This document shows, piece by piece, positions 1 to 14,371 of a stretch of DNA of 64,000 nt. The stretch is from the NCBI GenBank assembly GCA_964016885.1, contig OZ024749.1, positions 50,220,001 to 50,284,000 of the forward strand, read 5' to 3'. The notes under the pieces are model-generated. The model ran no database searches. It saw only the letters and a program-made list of their open reading frames with translations, and was not told the DNA's origin. The translations under genes and the position numbers were made by a program. Origin of the DNA: Eledone cirrhosa (taxonomy: Eukaryota). Numbering within the stretch: the stretch's first letter is position 1; each line of letters starts with the position of its first letter.

Positions 1-533
1 TACCGCAACAATCGATTAAACTGATTATATTAAAAACGTTAATATTAAACGATTTACAACGAAATAAGGTCAGGGAAATCATCCCTAAATGTTATATAAT
101 TTGAAAAGGAATACGAAAATTATAGTTTATGCTTATGCTATTTCCATTTAATGCCTGCATATCTGATTTGCAAATAATTTATCTGAATTTCCGTTACAGA
201 CTTCTAACACACGATGCAAATTTATCTGTGAACATTTAAATAGTCCCTATGTAAAAGACTTCTTAATAATTCACCAGAGGAATAACATTATTTCCGTTGC
301 ACAGATATGTTATATTATGAAGAATCTTTTGATTTGAATGAAAATAGATATGTATATGTCTACATACATAAATTTATATTTTATAAAATAATATATTTGT
401 TCTTACCTGGCAAACTTAACTTTCAGGAATTTCAAAACATTCATATTTTAGCCTTCAATACTTAGTATGCTCTAAGTATATTTATTTTAATACAGTGGAT
501 ATCGATCTTCACACAATCTCCACGTTCTCTCTG

Positions 534-624
<91 letters not shown>

Positions 625-940
625 CCAATAGAATATTTGACCCAACTTTGTCATCTAGCCCCATTTTTACTTGTAGTTAATAAATCAAATAGCTTTGACT
701 AACTGAGATCATTATAAGTTACCTCCCGTACATTGTCTCTCAATTAAAACAATTTAAAATTAGCACTTAACTATAAACTACCCACAATTTCTAATTTCTC
801 GAGGAGTTACTTCCCCTGAAACCACCCTCTAATTAGTAAGGTAAATATGATTATGGCTGACAACTGATGCAACCAAGACACAATAGTGAAAAATCAATAT
901 ATGGAACTTTATAGTATGTAACAATCTCTCATTTATATTC

Positions 941-1133
941 GCGGTGGATTGGCAGTATCGGTAGAGGGTCGGGCGCCATGCTTTGATGCATAGAGTTGCG
1001 GCCCTTGCCATTCTGGGTTCAAATCCCGCCGAGGTGAACTTTGCCTTTCATCCTTATGGGGTCGATAAAATAAAGTACCAGTAATACACTGGTTAATTGC
1101 TGGCCTTGTGCCAAAAAGGTAGAAACAATTATT
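941..1133 (+). mobile_element. tRNA-derived SINE (octopod-type), full length
   Basis: A-box-like TGGCAGTATCGG, B-box GGTTCAAATCC, central GCCTTTCATCC...GTCGATAAAATAAAGTACCAG, 3' TGGCCTTGTGCCAAAA.GTAGAAACAATT; many similar copies in the window. Confidence 0.85.
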
Positions 1134-1154
1134 TTAATTTATATTCCTTTGAAA

Positions 1155-1272
1155 TTCCGATGAGCCGCTCTGTTTTTTAAATATGTTAATTATTTTCAAC
1201 TGAACCAGTTCAATTATGATATATAGTCATCTGATCCAGAAATATTATATGGAGTAGCGAAACAATTGTAAA
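1155..1272 (+). ncRNA. Hammerhead-like motif, CCGAUGA core variant with long stem II insert
   Basis: CCGATGA 1157-1163, GCCGCTC/GAGTAGC stem II, GAAA 1259-1262, palindromic ACAATTGT stem III then A; stem I only 2 bp. Confidence 0.4.
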
Positions 1273-1298
1273 CGGACATTATTATTATTAATATTATA

Positions 1299-1490
1299 GG
1301 GCGGTGGATTGGCAGATCGGTAGAGGGTCGGACGCCATGCTTTCCAGCATAGTTACGTCCCTTTATGATCTGAGTTCAAATCCCGCCGAGGTTGATTTTG
1401 CCTTTCATCCTTACGGGGTCGATAAAATAAAGTACCAGTAATGCACTGGATAATTGCTGGCCTTGTGTCAAAAGTAGAAACAATTATTAT
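1299..1490 (+). mobile_element. tRNA-derived SINE, full length, with TSD
   Basis: Same family as 941; flanked by ATTATTATTAATATTA at 1281-1296 and 1483-1498. Confidence 0.88.
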
Positions 1491-2139
1491 TAATATTAGT
1501 ATTATTATTATCTACATTCCTTACATAAAATAGATTAAAACTTACACACACACACAGACACACACACATATTGACATTTGAAAACGATTGATATGTTATT
1601 AGAAACCTATATAACGTATGGGCCTGCCTATTGTTTTCGTTATCGGGAATTATTTGCAATTGTAGAATATTATCCTTAGTCAGAATACCACGGAACCTAC
1701 TAATACAGTTCAGTTCTAATATATTACATATATCTGGGAATATATATGCATATGTTATTTCGTGACCATTCGTTACTAATTCCGTAGATATTAAGTTATT
1801 CCTTTCTATTAAAATTGAAGTTTAAAATGAAGTTGGTGAGTGTTGTATTATATGTTTATTATAAAATAGGTGAAACTGTCAAGATGTCTATATTCAAATG
1901 TTATTTTTAGTATAGATCTGTCAATGAAGTCTGCACTTTTAGATTCAAACTGATATAGTATTTACCGAATATCTGGCCATACAATACACTGATTATTTTA
2001 ATAGATCTTGTAAAATAATATAGGTCAAGTAAAGAATGACAACATATGTGCGAACACTCTGATGAGGTTTAATCTAATTGAGATAAATTTATTATAAGTT
2101 ATATACATGTGTATACAAACACACACATACACAAACACA

Positions 2140-2218
<79 letters not shown>

Positions 2219-2249
2219 TCTTTTTTTACAAAACCAATATATGCATATG

Positions 2250-2300
<51 letters not shown>

Positions 2301-2304
<4 letters not shown>

Positions 2305-2470
2305 AGATGAAATCGAAAATGCAACTGGAGTCTTATTTTTTTTTTTTTAAATATATATATTTATTTGGTTCATTTACCGGTTTCGCAGTTCTTCTGCTTT
2401 TCAAAAGAAAAACCACAGACCCTCCATCTCAACTCTACTTTCCAATTGCATTTTCGATTTTATCTCTTTT
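2301..2470. mobile_element. Internally deleted fold-back element, same family as 9655-9865
   Basis: Terminal IR AAAGAGATGAAATCGAAAATGCAACTGG / CCAATTGCATTTTCGATTTTATCTCTTT; shares GTTTCGCAGTTCTTCTGCTTTTCAAAAG and CACAGACCCTCCAT with the 9.7 kb copy; next to (TA)n. Confidence 0.75.
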
Positions 2471-2526
2471 TCTTTATACTTTCACTCGAGTTATTTTTCA
2501 ATTTGTAAAAAAAATCTCACTTTCTA

Positions 2527-2658
<132 letters not shown>

Positions 2659-2833
2659 GATTGCTGTCACCGAAATATATATAGCAGTAATAAACGAAGC
2701 CAAATGTTAAATATCTGACTTAATTATTTTTTCGTTTATTTTACATTACTCCAGAGTAACCAAACCAACCCTCGCACTTCGTCGTGTGCTCCAATTTGCA
2801 TACTGAGGTATTGGCATACAACCAACATATACT

Positions 2834-2888
<55 letters not shown>

Positions 2889-3897
2889 GACGCGTTATGC
2901 TGTAACTGTCATTGGCACTGTGTCGCATGCACCCTTACCGCGCATGCGATGGTGGGTTAATGGTAACTAATCCACTCCTTCAACACCGAGATGTCTGGCT
3001 AATTCAATACTGTCCATGTGACTGCTGAACATTTAGTTTGTATTATATTTTCTAATTTTATTTTGAAATAAATGAAATAAAATGCTGTCGAATTTATAAT
3101 TTGTTTTCAGAAATTATAATAAATATATTAACATTTGTTTAAAACAATAATTACAACGAGTTAAAACATACAAAATGTTAACAAAATGTCACAGAATGAA
3201 GAGGAACCATTGTCTTTCCCAATAGCATTATGTTAAACTACCATATAATGTATACAACATTACCGTATCTAGATAATCACTATGTCTTCGGACAAGTCAT
3301 TTTTTATGTATTCGTTGTGTTTCTTTAAGACCAAATTTGTACTTACGTACCTTGGTGGTGTTATGTCGGAAGTGGCAGAAATTACAATAAAACTGTCTTA
3401 AGATAGGAATGACAGTGTCTTAAGATAGGAATGACACGGTTTAAACAGATTTGCTGAATATTTCTCTATATGGCTGAAAATATCTCACCTCCAATAAGAA
3501 ACTTTAGGCAAAGGGAATACATTTGGCAATCAGTGTAAGTTTGAAGGACAAATATGTATCACTATTCATGGGAGTCAATGGGGGATATTTGTCAACCTGA
3601 TATTGACGCAGAAAGGATACATAATTTTCTATAGCAATAATATTTGTTCATTAATGTATATATGTAACCCTCCAAACTTCTATATATTTGTCAAGACCTC
3701 TCTGTGTGCTTCTGCAAGTGTGTACTGAAAAGAAACCAGGTAGACACAGCACACAAACAACATGATCTGAAATGGTCATATAACTATTATTAAACCAGAT
3801 TTTCCTATAATATATTATTTGCTCTATAAAAGGCGACATTTGCATCATTCTGAGAAAGTATATTGTCCAAGAATATATTTATGCTTTAAAACTCATT

Positions 3898-3930
<33 letters not shown>

Positions 3931-3974
3931 ATGGGGGGGCGCCTGTGTGTGTGTATGTATATATATATATATAT

Positions 3975-4182
3975 CACCTTGACCTTGACCGACCAGTCTG
4001 TCCGGCGCCAATCGTCGCTGCTGGGGGCAGGCCGATACTCATTTCTACAGCTGAGTAAACTGGAGCAACGTGAAATAAAGTGTCTTGCTCAAGGAAACAA
4101 CACATCACCCGGTCCGAAAATTGAACTCACAACCTTTCGATTGCAAGCCCAGTGCTCTAACCACTAAGCCATGCGCCTTCAC
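3975..4182 (-). mobile_element. CORE-like tRNA-derived SINE
   Basis: Minus strand TGGCTTAGTGG (A box), GAGTTCAATT (B box), then CCTTGAGCAAGACACTTTATTTCACGTTGCTCCAGTTTACTCAGCTGTAGAAATG resembling the CORE domain. Confidence 0.75.
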
Positions 4183-4201
4183 ATACACACACACACACAC
4201 C

Positions 4202-4267
<66 letters not shown>

Positions 4268-4316
4268 ATACATATATATAAACACCCACATACACATATA
4301 TTTATATATGATTATG

Positions 4317-4353
<37 letters not shown>

Positions 4354-6359
4354 TACGTACATATACACATAGACATACGTATATACACAGGTATCTATAT
4401 ATATATATGTGTGTTTGTGCGAGTGTGGGTGTGTGTGAGCCTGTGCGCATGTTGGGTGTATTAGTAGATAGAACAAAATCTATTTTTACTATTTCATATC
4501 TTCAACACAATTCATCACGATACACAGAGATATGATTTATTATTTCAGATATATCTCTAAGGACATTCGACTATATTTATGTTGAGATCAAATACAGAAA
4601 TATATTTTAAGAAAACTGTATTAACAATACGTGTTATGAATTCAATTCTCGGTTTGTATTTGTATATATTTTACCACATTTATATATCTCATATATTTCA
4701 AAGGAAATAATGCTTTTTGTACACTGTCCATGGATAAAGTCCAAAATATCCGTGGTTTGCGGTGCAATACGGTAGAATTGTCAGGTCTAGACCAACAAAC
4801 GGGGAGCAGGAGAGGATGATGGGCTATGGGTCTAGAGTGTGGTGGTGTTGGAGCTCCACCTGGCGAACATATTACAATTTGTATTGAAAGATAATGTTAT
4901 TAATAATTCATACATTTGGATCTTTGTCGTTCATATCCGTATCTATTATTTGTTGGTCAATCAGTCATCGTTGACACCTTCGTCTATATACTTTACGCTT
5001 TAGTCTTTATGTTGTAATGCCAACTATTTGGCGAGGTCTATTTATTATATCTTCACTGAGAGGACATATTAAAACGGTGTGAAAGATCGTTATCATTAGA
5101 TTGATTTTTTCTTAAACTACATATAATTCTGATGACATTAAGCTATCAAGTATCACAATGTGAAGATTATGACATTTACGTTACAGAGGTGTCTATGTAC
5201 TGCAGTTATTGTATTATTATTGTATTGTAAACCATATCGAACTGAAGTGGCCCCAAGGGCCATACGTCATGATTATTAAGCTGGTTTACGGGCTACCTAG
5301 AATTACATTATCGAAAGGTGTCGTGTTTATTTAGTTACTTGCTGCAACGAATGAAAAGGCCAATAACTTAGTTAATTGTAAGCAACAAAGCGTTGTATAT
5401 TTCACATAAATATCTAGACATATCACAGTTGAAATGACGATTAACACCTTAGCTTATAAATACCGCTTCATATTTCCCTTAGAGGAAACATTCTCGCTAT
5501 ATGTCAGCTTCAGATTTAACTGAACAGTCACATAATGAAATGCATTTCACTCTTTGTTGTCAAACGTATTCAGTTGTATACATTTCATCCTGAAACTATT
5601 CGTGTATGTTTAACATGGATGTCTGTCATTTGCGGATGAATTATACCCAATCCTTGTTGGTCGAACGATTTAATATTACGTAGGCTGCAGCTGGCAATTT
5701 GGATATTTCAATTCAAATAGTATTAGTCCTAGTTATAATAAATGTTATAGTTTTATAAGGCTGATCTATATATCACCACATTTACAATAATCGCAAGTGA
5801 CCTAAACCCAACAATGTAAGAAATGAAATCACTAATTATATATTGTAAACTGAATGCTGAATGTTAATTCAACTCATTATAATTACATGATAAACTGACC
5901 CAACTTCGTGTCAAAATAATTCATTCTAAGCCTGTTTCATTTTGAACAAAACATTTCTTTATGTACCGGGTTGCATGTATTTTTAATATAGAAAATAGTC
6001 ACTTTTTTATCCATTAATCTAGTGACTTATTCAAATTGTTTCAGGCATATTCAGACACACCCGCATAAATACAGGGACACACATGTTTGCACGCACATAC
6101 ATGACCTAATAATCGCATATGATTTCCGTTGACCTTAGCGAAATAAATTTCATTATACGTACTTTGGACAAAATAATCACTCATTAATTTTATTTTGTTT
6201 TATGATTTCTAAATGTTTATGTATTTCTGAAACAGTCTGTTCGTTAAATGAAAGGTTAAGCTCATATAGGCCATTGCTAAATAACAATATCTACATGGAG
6301 AGAAAAAGATAGGTAAATAAATAGAAAAATAGAGAGAGGGAGAGAGGGAGTGACATATA

Positions 6360-6406
<47 letters not shown>

Positions 6407-6522
6407 TTATCGTGCTTCTCAGATTTCACACATGCATCACACACACTCTTTCTCTCTTTCACTCTCGCTTTCTCACTCTTTCTCTCTCTCTCTGTAAATA
6501 TATATGTGAGTGTGTATGTATG

Positions 6523-6557
<35 letters not shown>

Positions 6558-6842
6558 CTGTGTGTGGGCATGAGTGGGGGAGGGGCTTTATATGCTCATC
6601 GGCAAATGGATATAGAGTAGGGGAAAGAGGGATTTGAGGTAGGAAGAGAAAAATATTGATAATTCTTGAAGTTTTGTTTAGAATTCTCCCGATGTAGATG
6701 CTTGGCATTTTGAAAAATAAAAAAATATCGCCATACTTTGAGACGACTAAGAAATATATATGTAAAATTATTTTGTAAAGGTCAAATATTATAGAGAATA
6801 ACCTTCAATGTTTCTATGTGTAATCATTCAGATTATATAAAT

Positions 6843-6909
<67 letters not shown>

Positions 6910-6999
6910 TGTGTGTGTGCTTGTGTGTGAGTATTTATGTATATATGTATATATATATATATATATATTTATGTATATATGTGTATATGTATATATGTA

Positions 7000-7072
<73 letters not shown>

Positions 7073-7189
7073 GTATATATATACATATATATCATTTTAT
7101 TGGGATACAGATAAGCTCACAATAAACTGACTGTAAATATTTATAAATTTCCTGTTCTATGTAACCAATTCTTTTATTTATTCAAATGT

Positions 7190-7220
7190 TACGCATGCAT
7201 AAAGAAACAAAAGACATATG

Positions 7221-7274
<54 letters not shown>

Positions 7275-7510
7275 TGAACCAGCTAGTGACAAGTAGATAA
7301 ACGCATAAATAAATAAATAAATCGTACACGCACACACACAACAGGATGTAACGTATGTGCAAACTAACCACACAACACACAGACAAGATGTAGGACAGAA
7401 TGAAGGACGGACACGAACTCAAATACCTAGTCACGGAGAACGTCACATAATGTGTGGCGACAGAGATATAACAATATATAAACAACCATCCGGTTATCGA
7501 ACCAGCCAAG
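7190..7510 (+). mobile_element. Diverged relative of the PLE 3' UTR/pLTR at 27136-27530 (opposite orientation)
   Basis: Collinear similarity to the reverse complement of ~27250-27500 (GTCACATAATGTGTGGCGA; GGATGTAAC.TATG.GCAAACTAA; ACAATATAT.AACAA). Confidence 0.6.
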
Positions 7511-7702
7511 CATCCGGGATGTTGTAATAAATTAAAGCGAAAACCAAGATTACGTGTATGAAGGTATCACAAGTCTTAAGCGTCTGTAGTGTTTTGAACC
7601 ATCACCTATTCCTTGTGACAAAAGTGATGTGGTAATAGAGAAACACTCAAAATTAAGATTACGTCATAATGCTTCTATACATTCCGGTACAAATATATAT
7701 AC

Positions 7703-7810
<108 letters not shown>

Positions 7811-7851
7811 TATATATACTATATATAATATATATATATACGTATATAAAA

Positions 7852-8184
7852 GAGATAAACACAGACATATACATATATCTGTTCAAATAGTAAGGTAATA
7901 GGTTCGCCAAGGTGGAAAAAAAAGAGTACTAACTATGGACGATAGGTCACCGACTGACGAGCAAGAATTGGTAATTTTGCTTCACAATAAATTTGCAAAA
8001 CAGCATAGCCAAACGCTGTGTGGGTGATCGGTAGTTACCACAATTCCGGTTTGTATTTATTTTCTTGATTTATTCTTAAATTGAGTCTGGCAAACCCTAT
8101 TATACATAGTTAGTATCTTTTTACCTTACCGACCTGGTTCCTAACGATTTGAACACATATATGTCTGTGTATATCTGTGTTTTA
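7852..8184. mobile_element. Inverted-repeat element (~85 bp arms) enclosing a decayed type I hammerhead
   Basis: Arms ~7852-7937 and ~8105-8184; HHR-like 7945-8029: GGTCACCGA-CTGACGA-GCAA..TTGC-AAAA-CAGC..GCTG-TG-TGGGTGATC. Confidence 0.6.
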
Positions 8185-8273
8185 TATTCTGATATACGGC
8201 TCGAAAAAATCTCTTTCCTAGAGCTATTTTATTGTAAGAGACTATGTTGAGGTTCTAACTCAATATATACCTT

Positions 8274-8364
<91 letters not shown>

Positions 8365-8406
8365 CAACCCACCCGTCCCCTCTAGCTGTATTTCTCATTA
8401 TTTCTT

Positions 8407-8436
8407 CTGATGAAGGACTAGCGTCCGAAACGTTAA
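8407..8436 (+). ncRNA. Minimal PLE-type hammerhead motif
   Basis: CTGATGA-A-GGAC-TAGC-GTCC-GAAA-CG-TT; stem I weak; in a repeat adjoining (TA)n. Confidence 0.5.
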
Positions 8437-8530
8437 CATCCTATTCCTGCTATTTCAAGCGTTAACCTAATATACCCCTTGCATATACTGTACCACTTGT
8501 GTTGTTATTTCTATTTACCCTACATTATAT

Positions 8531-8656
8531 GGGTGGTGAATGGTAGTATCGGTAGAGGGTCAGACGCCATGCTTTCTAGCATAATTATGTCCCTTTATGA
8601 TCTGACTTCAAATCCCGCCGAGGTTAACTTTGTCTTTGATCCTTTCGAGGTCGATA
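8531..8656 (+). mobile_element. tRNA-derived SINE, 3' truncated
   Basis: GTATCGGTAGAGGGTC...TTCAAATCCCGCCGAGGTTAACTTTG...GGTCGATA. Confidence 0.8.
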
Positions 8657-8719
8657 TATAAATTATATTGGCTGAAAGCAGCGTTTTTTTCTTAAATTTT
8701 TAATCTGTTATTTTAATAC

Positions 8720-8766
<47 letters not shown>

Positions 8767-9140
8767 GAGAGATAAAGAGTGAGGTGGGGGAGAGTGACAG
8801 CGACAAAGAGGGAGAAACGTACAATTATCTTTGAAGAAATACCTATTCTAATCTAGATGCAGTATATGTCGATAAACATCGTAAAAACAAGGCCCGTACC
8901 TCATGTCGATATGAGTAAGAAGTTCTTGTATATTACAACTAGATCTGAACTATCATACGTGTATCTAGAAATTCCTATCGTGATTTGCATAATCGTACCA
9001 ATTGTTGATATAGATAGTTACATATTGGTATGAATATATATCTAATATACAATTATATCTCGATGTAGATACATTTATTTAGATGTAAATATATATGTAA
9101 GTATATGTGAATATAGAATAGATAATTATATCTAATATTG

Positions 9141-9630
9141 TGGGCGGTGGTTTGTACCGCGGTGATGATCTTTTGACCATGACAAAGTGCGGCCCTCGCG
9201 CTTGGGACAGGTTCAGAAAAGAACTCACGGCCTTCTTTAAGGGCATCAACCTCTCCATACAGGTTGAGGCCAAACTGTCGGTCGTTAATTACCTCGACCT
9301 TACCCTAAATTTGTCAAATGGCTTGCACTACCCCTATAGAAAGCCGAATGCTACGCTTAGTTACATAAGTAATCATTCTAACCATCCTGCCAGCATAACC
9401 AAGAACCTGGTAAGAAACGTTTCTTTGAGGCTTTCCCGTCTATCTACAAAACGAGGATATTTTCAACGACCATTCCACATATTACAATTAAGCTCATGCT
9501 CGGAGTGGATTTTTCGATAAGGTAGCATATACAGAGTACGAGAATAGACCTAGGTAAAATAGATCCCGACGCATTATATGGTATAACCCACCATATAATA
9601 TGGAGGTAGCCACGCCATTAGCTAAGATCT
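9141..9630 (+). pseudogene. Penelope-like element reverse transcriptase fragment (RT C-terminal part, thumb, linker)
   Basis: GLYRGDDL (decayed GLYRDDGL), VNYLDLTLNL, HYPYRKPN, YISNHSNHPASITKN, and RRIIWYNPPYN downstream; frameshift and stops. Confidence 0.85.
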
Positions 9631-9654
9631 TTCCCCTAGCATATATATATATAT

Positions 9655-9865
9655 GTTTCGCAGTTCTTCTGCTTTTCAAAAGTAGAGTTGATATGGAGGG
9701 TCTGTGGTTTTTCTCACATCTGATGTGAGAAAAAGCACAGACCCTCCATATCAACTCTACTTTTGAAAAGCAGAAGAACTGCGAAACCGGTCAAGGAACC
9801 AAATAAATATATATATATTTTTTTAAATAAGACTCCAGTTGCATTTTCGATTTTATCTTTTTTTC
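9655..9865. mobile_element. Fold-back element: 133-bp palindrome (66-bp arms, 1 mismatch) plus tail
   Basis: Palindrome 9655-9787 centred on the T at 9721; second family copy at 2301-2470; (TA)n on both sides. Confidence 0.85.
9760..9795 (+). ncRNA. Minimal type I hammerhead, U3-A8 core variant
   Basis: CUU-UUGAAAA-GCAG-AAGAA-CUGC-GAAA-CCGG-UC-AAG. Confidence 0.55.
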
Positions 9866-10024
9866 TTTATATATATATATATATATATCCCAACCAGAGA
9901 TCCGTCGATCTTTTTATTCCAGTGTTGGATTGGATCAGATCCTTACAGATCGAACCTTGAGCTGGTAAATAGCAAAACGCGCGTGACCAATCAAACGCAA
10001 TGAAGGCATAACAAATCGGCATTG

Positions 10025-10079
<55 letters not shown>

Positions 10080-11175
10080 CATACATACCTACACATATAC
10101 ATATATGGATCTAGATTCTATACGTATTTTATTTCTAGAAATAGATAATTGACTCAAGCTGTCACAATATAGACACTTCTTATACATATGATGTAATATA
10201 TTCATTAATGGGGATGGCTAATTACTTTTTAGTTGAGTCGTATTAATGCATTTTTGTCTTCCTATGAGTAAATGCATTTCAACGCGATAGTATACAAAAA
10301 GCAATGTTTGCAAATAAACTCGAATTAACATTGGAATGAAAAGCGTGATTATTACCACGAATGCAATATAATTTACGAGGCTTTTTTTTGATAATATGCA
10401 GCTATATGGTAATGTCTTTTTAATGAGATTCATTAAATACTTTCAGTTTTACACGTAAATCCGTAAAAAGCTTTGGAACCTGGATTTAATTTGGTTTCTG
10501 TTATCTGCTTTCCCGAAGAATATCAAAACAATTGATTATATATCATGGAAAGTTAACGTTCGAAATAAATAAATTGCTGGAAATGTTAATATTACGATTG
10601 AAACATTCATATAAATTATCCTCAAATTCGAAACAGAAAGGCCAAACCTAAAATTATCGAATCACATGAGGAAATTAAGCAAAATCAGATACTGAACAAT
10701 TTCAATTTTATACAGGAATTCTGTTATATGAAGGAATAATAAACAGGCATTGATATTCATCAGAGATAACATAAATATCCTGAATATTCTCCATGTATGT
10801 TTTAAATGTTTATTTTGATGTTAAAATATTTATCTCGTTAACAATAATGTTGGTATTTTAGGGTTAAATTCGAAGAACGGTATGCATTTTTCGGGAATAT
10901 ATAATAGTGAAATAAAATGATCATGTCAAGAGCAATTACACAACCGCATATGTTCTATGTTCAATAAGATATATACACAGTAACACGTTCTCCTCTCTCC
11001 GATCAATTTATTTACATTCGCTCTATTTCCTTCACACAAATTCTGTCTACAAGTACAGTTCAATACACCAATAAAATGTCATACATATATATTTGTATAT
11101 AGCTTCTTCCCCCAATTAATGCTGATTTTTATGGGGCAGAGTCCTCAAACATTCTTTCCATCTCTCATGTGATAC

Positions 11176-11229
<54 letters not shown>

Positions 11230-11343
11230 TTTGTTTTATATGCATCCCTATTATTTATAGCTCTCTTATTTTACTACAAGCAATTGTATATATAATAGGG
11301 CCACAACAAACATACACACAAACACACAGCGCGACAAACATAC

Positions 11344-11423
<80 letters not shown>

Positions 11424-12016
11424 CGTCAGCTACGTGTACCTTCCTGCCAGATGATTGAACGTCTGAAATTATATACTTTCCGAATGCATATTAACGGCTG
11501 AGCAGCCTTATTTGCATATCGAGTGAGTTAATCGGCCGGGGTACCGAAAAAGATAAACGGAAAAAATGAAACTAAATTTCATTTCTCACTCTTAGTACGG
11601 CTGTTACTTAAATATAAGTATGTATATGTACATACATATATGTATACAGACGTACAGTAGTATGTATATATATACATACATGCACACATATATATATATG
11701 TACGTATGCATTCACTGTACATTTATTATAATACTCGGTGTGTTTGTAAACAAACATCCCGGATTAAGCCGTACAATGTCTAGCAACCATCGTTGCTCAT
11801 TTGTTCAACCCTGACAAAGGAACGCTGTACTAGTTTCAAGCTTATTAGCTATCGTCAACAACGTATACCTTCCTGCCAGATTATTGAACGTCTGAAAGTA
11901 TATACTTTCGTTATGCATATTACGTACATATATATACGTGTGCATGTATGTATATATATATATATACATACTACTGTACGTCTGTATACATATATGTATG
12001 TACCTATACATACTTA
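11424..12016 (-). mobile_element. Retrozyme-like repeat copy (about 1.15 units plus an inverted segment)
   Basis: 11424-11493 repeats at 11853-11922 (period ~429); ~11617-11710 is inverted at ~11920-12016; homologous to 34817-35153 and 37674-38902. Confidence 0.75.
11822..11864 (-). ncRNA. Type I hammerhead (C3U variant)
   Basis: ACGUUG-UUGACGA-UAGCU-AAUA-AGCUU-GAAA-CUAG-UA-CAGCGU. Confidence 0.6.
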
Positions 12017-12030
12017 TTTATATATATATA

Positions 12031-12070
<40 letters not shown>

Positions 12071-13406
12071 GTTAGATGCGTCAGTATTTATTGTCTTCAT
12101 ATAGCCAGGTTCATATTCAAGTAGCTGTAATAGAGGTTACTTCTTATCTGTACATATCCTCAAATGCGTTGTCAGTGAATGATTGGGGTAGTTTGGAAAA
12201 TATCAAATTATAATTTACCTGTCAAAGCAAGTACTAAGTGGTAATCATTTGATATTTGTGTTTTCCTATAAACATATTCTTCTGGTCTCTTGACCCTAAA
12301 TTATAATTCATTTAGTTGTCCATTATTTTATTGTTGCAATATTGACAATATACCTTGTTCGTGTTGGTTATTTGGCCGATGATTCAGTGTCACCAAACAT
12401 TGACTGATATAGCCTCACGCAAAGAATTGACCCCAGATAATTTCATAACTTAATTCAATATTCGTTTCCATTTCCTTTAAATCAATGGTTGCTTATTGAT
12501 ATCTGTAGCAACAATTATCGATAACTCAGAATCTTTTTTATTCAATGGTACAAGGCCTTTGGTTATTGAATTGTTGTATTTCTATGATTTAGAATATTTC
12601 CAATAGAACTGACATTCTTCATTAGTTCCTTGTAGTTACATTACAGTATCAAAGAAGATAGATTGTCCGAAGATCGCGTATTCTTCGAACTCATAGTAAC
12701 GTAGATAATACATAGCGCAAAAAAATAAAGATTCAGATAACGTCTGAGTATATTTGCAAGAGAGACAACGTGAAAAAACTATAGATTAGGACAATACAAC
12801 TGATATGATATAGTTTAACATTGTATGCGAGAAAATAGATTGTATTTCAAAGAGAATATATGCTATATATTGACAAGGAAAACGCACGTATCGTAAGAGA
12901 ACATCGTACATTGAGAACATTATAATTCTAACAGAATATACTCTAATATCATTTTCTCAAACATTCTCTCACATTACTACTATTTATTAACAACATATAT
13001 TATCAAAATACAGAGATTTATTAAATATATATGCATTGAAATTATATCCAGAATGGAAGAATGGATGTCGCTTAGAAAGTTTTAAATCCCTTTATATTGT
13101 TTGGTTGTTAATGTTAATTTTCTTGTGTGGATATATATGATATAATTGAAAGTTATACTTAGGAAATATGAAATATAATTCTGCATACTTTTTTACCTTG
13201 TGTAATATGACATGGTTAAATATGTACACCTCGTTTTAATATGCAATATATGTATCGTACACATTAATAAAATATGTAAGCTATATTGTCAAAAGGCGTG
13301 ACAAGGAACTTATTACATATATAAAACTATACACGTGTATGTATTTACACACCTACATATAATCATATATATACATATAAAGAGAAAGATTGAAATTGAT
13401 AGTTAT

Positions 13407-13593
13407 ATTGTTTCTACTTTAGGCACAAGGCCAGCAATTACCCAGTGTCTTACTGGTACTTTATTTTATCGACCCCGTAAGGATGAAAGGCAAAGTCAAC
13501 CTCGGCGGGATTTGAACTCAGATCGTAAAGGGACGTAACTCTGCTGGAAAGCATGGCGTCCGACCCTCTACCAATACTGCCAATCCACCGCCC
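13407..13593 (-). mobile_element. tRNA-derived SINE, full length, with 15-bp TSD
   Basis: Reverse complement of the family; TTGATAGTTATATTG at 13396-13410 and 13595-13609. Confidence 0.9.
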
Positions 13594-14290
13594 TTTGATA
13601 GTTATATTGAGAGTTAGATATCATTACTCTGGTACATATTAAATACATATATATCTGACTGGAACTGAATAGGTGATAATCCACAAATTGAAACAATTAA
13701 TCGACACCATACCTGACGAAAATGATCAATTTCTAGTTTATTAGATGTACAATATATTTACAGCATATTAGAAGACACGTAATGTTTATGTATCTAATAA
13801 AAAAAATAATAATATTCATAAATATATATATTGATTGATATTTAAAACAATTATGAGAGATCATATATTCGTAGTTCCACCTCACACACTGCAAGTTTTA
13901 ACCATGCCGAATAATTTAATAATTTAAGCAAATGTATTATACCTAAATGCAAATACGTGCACCATAATCGCATGGAAAGTAGCTTTAGGAATGATACCAA
14001 AAGAAATATATATATATATATATATTAGTGTGTGTGTGTGTGTGTGTGTGTATACAGTATTTCGCAGTGTTGCATACTTTTCTTGCATAATAATCACGCA
14101 TACATTTTGTGAGATTACATAATTTAGTTACATACCACATGATATGTCATATTCAATATAAAGAATAATAACTTATCAAACATCATTATTTGCCCTGAAA
14201 CGTTTAAAAAACTCAAAATGATATTTGTCTCTAAATATAAGCACGTGCAAACGAATGAATGCATACATCACACGTACATACCTATATCTC

Positions 14291-14371
<81 letters not shown>

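Noticed and set aside
941-1030. tRNA gene
   Set aside because: A/B boxes belong to a SINE head followed by the SINE body; no cloverleaf supported
11811-11845. Plus-strand CTGACAAAG-GAAC..GTTTC-AAGC as a hammerhead
   Set aside because: Core and GAAA are defective in every copy; the well-formed HHR is on the opposite strand
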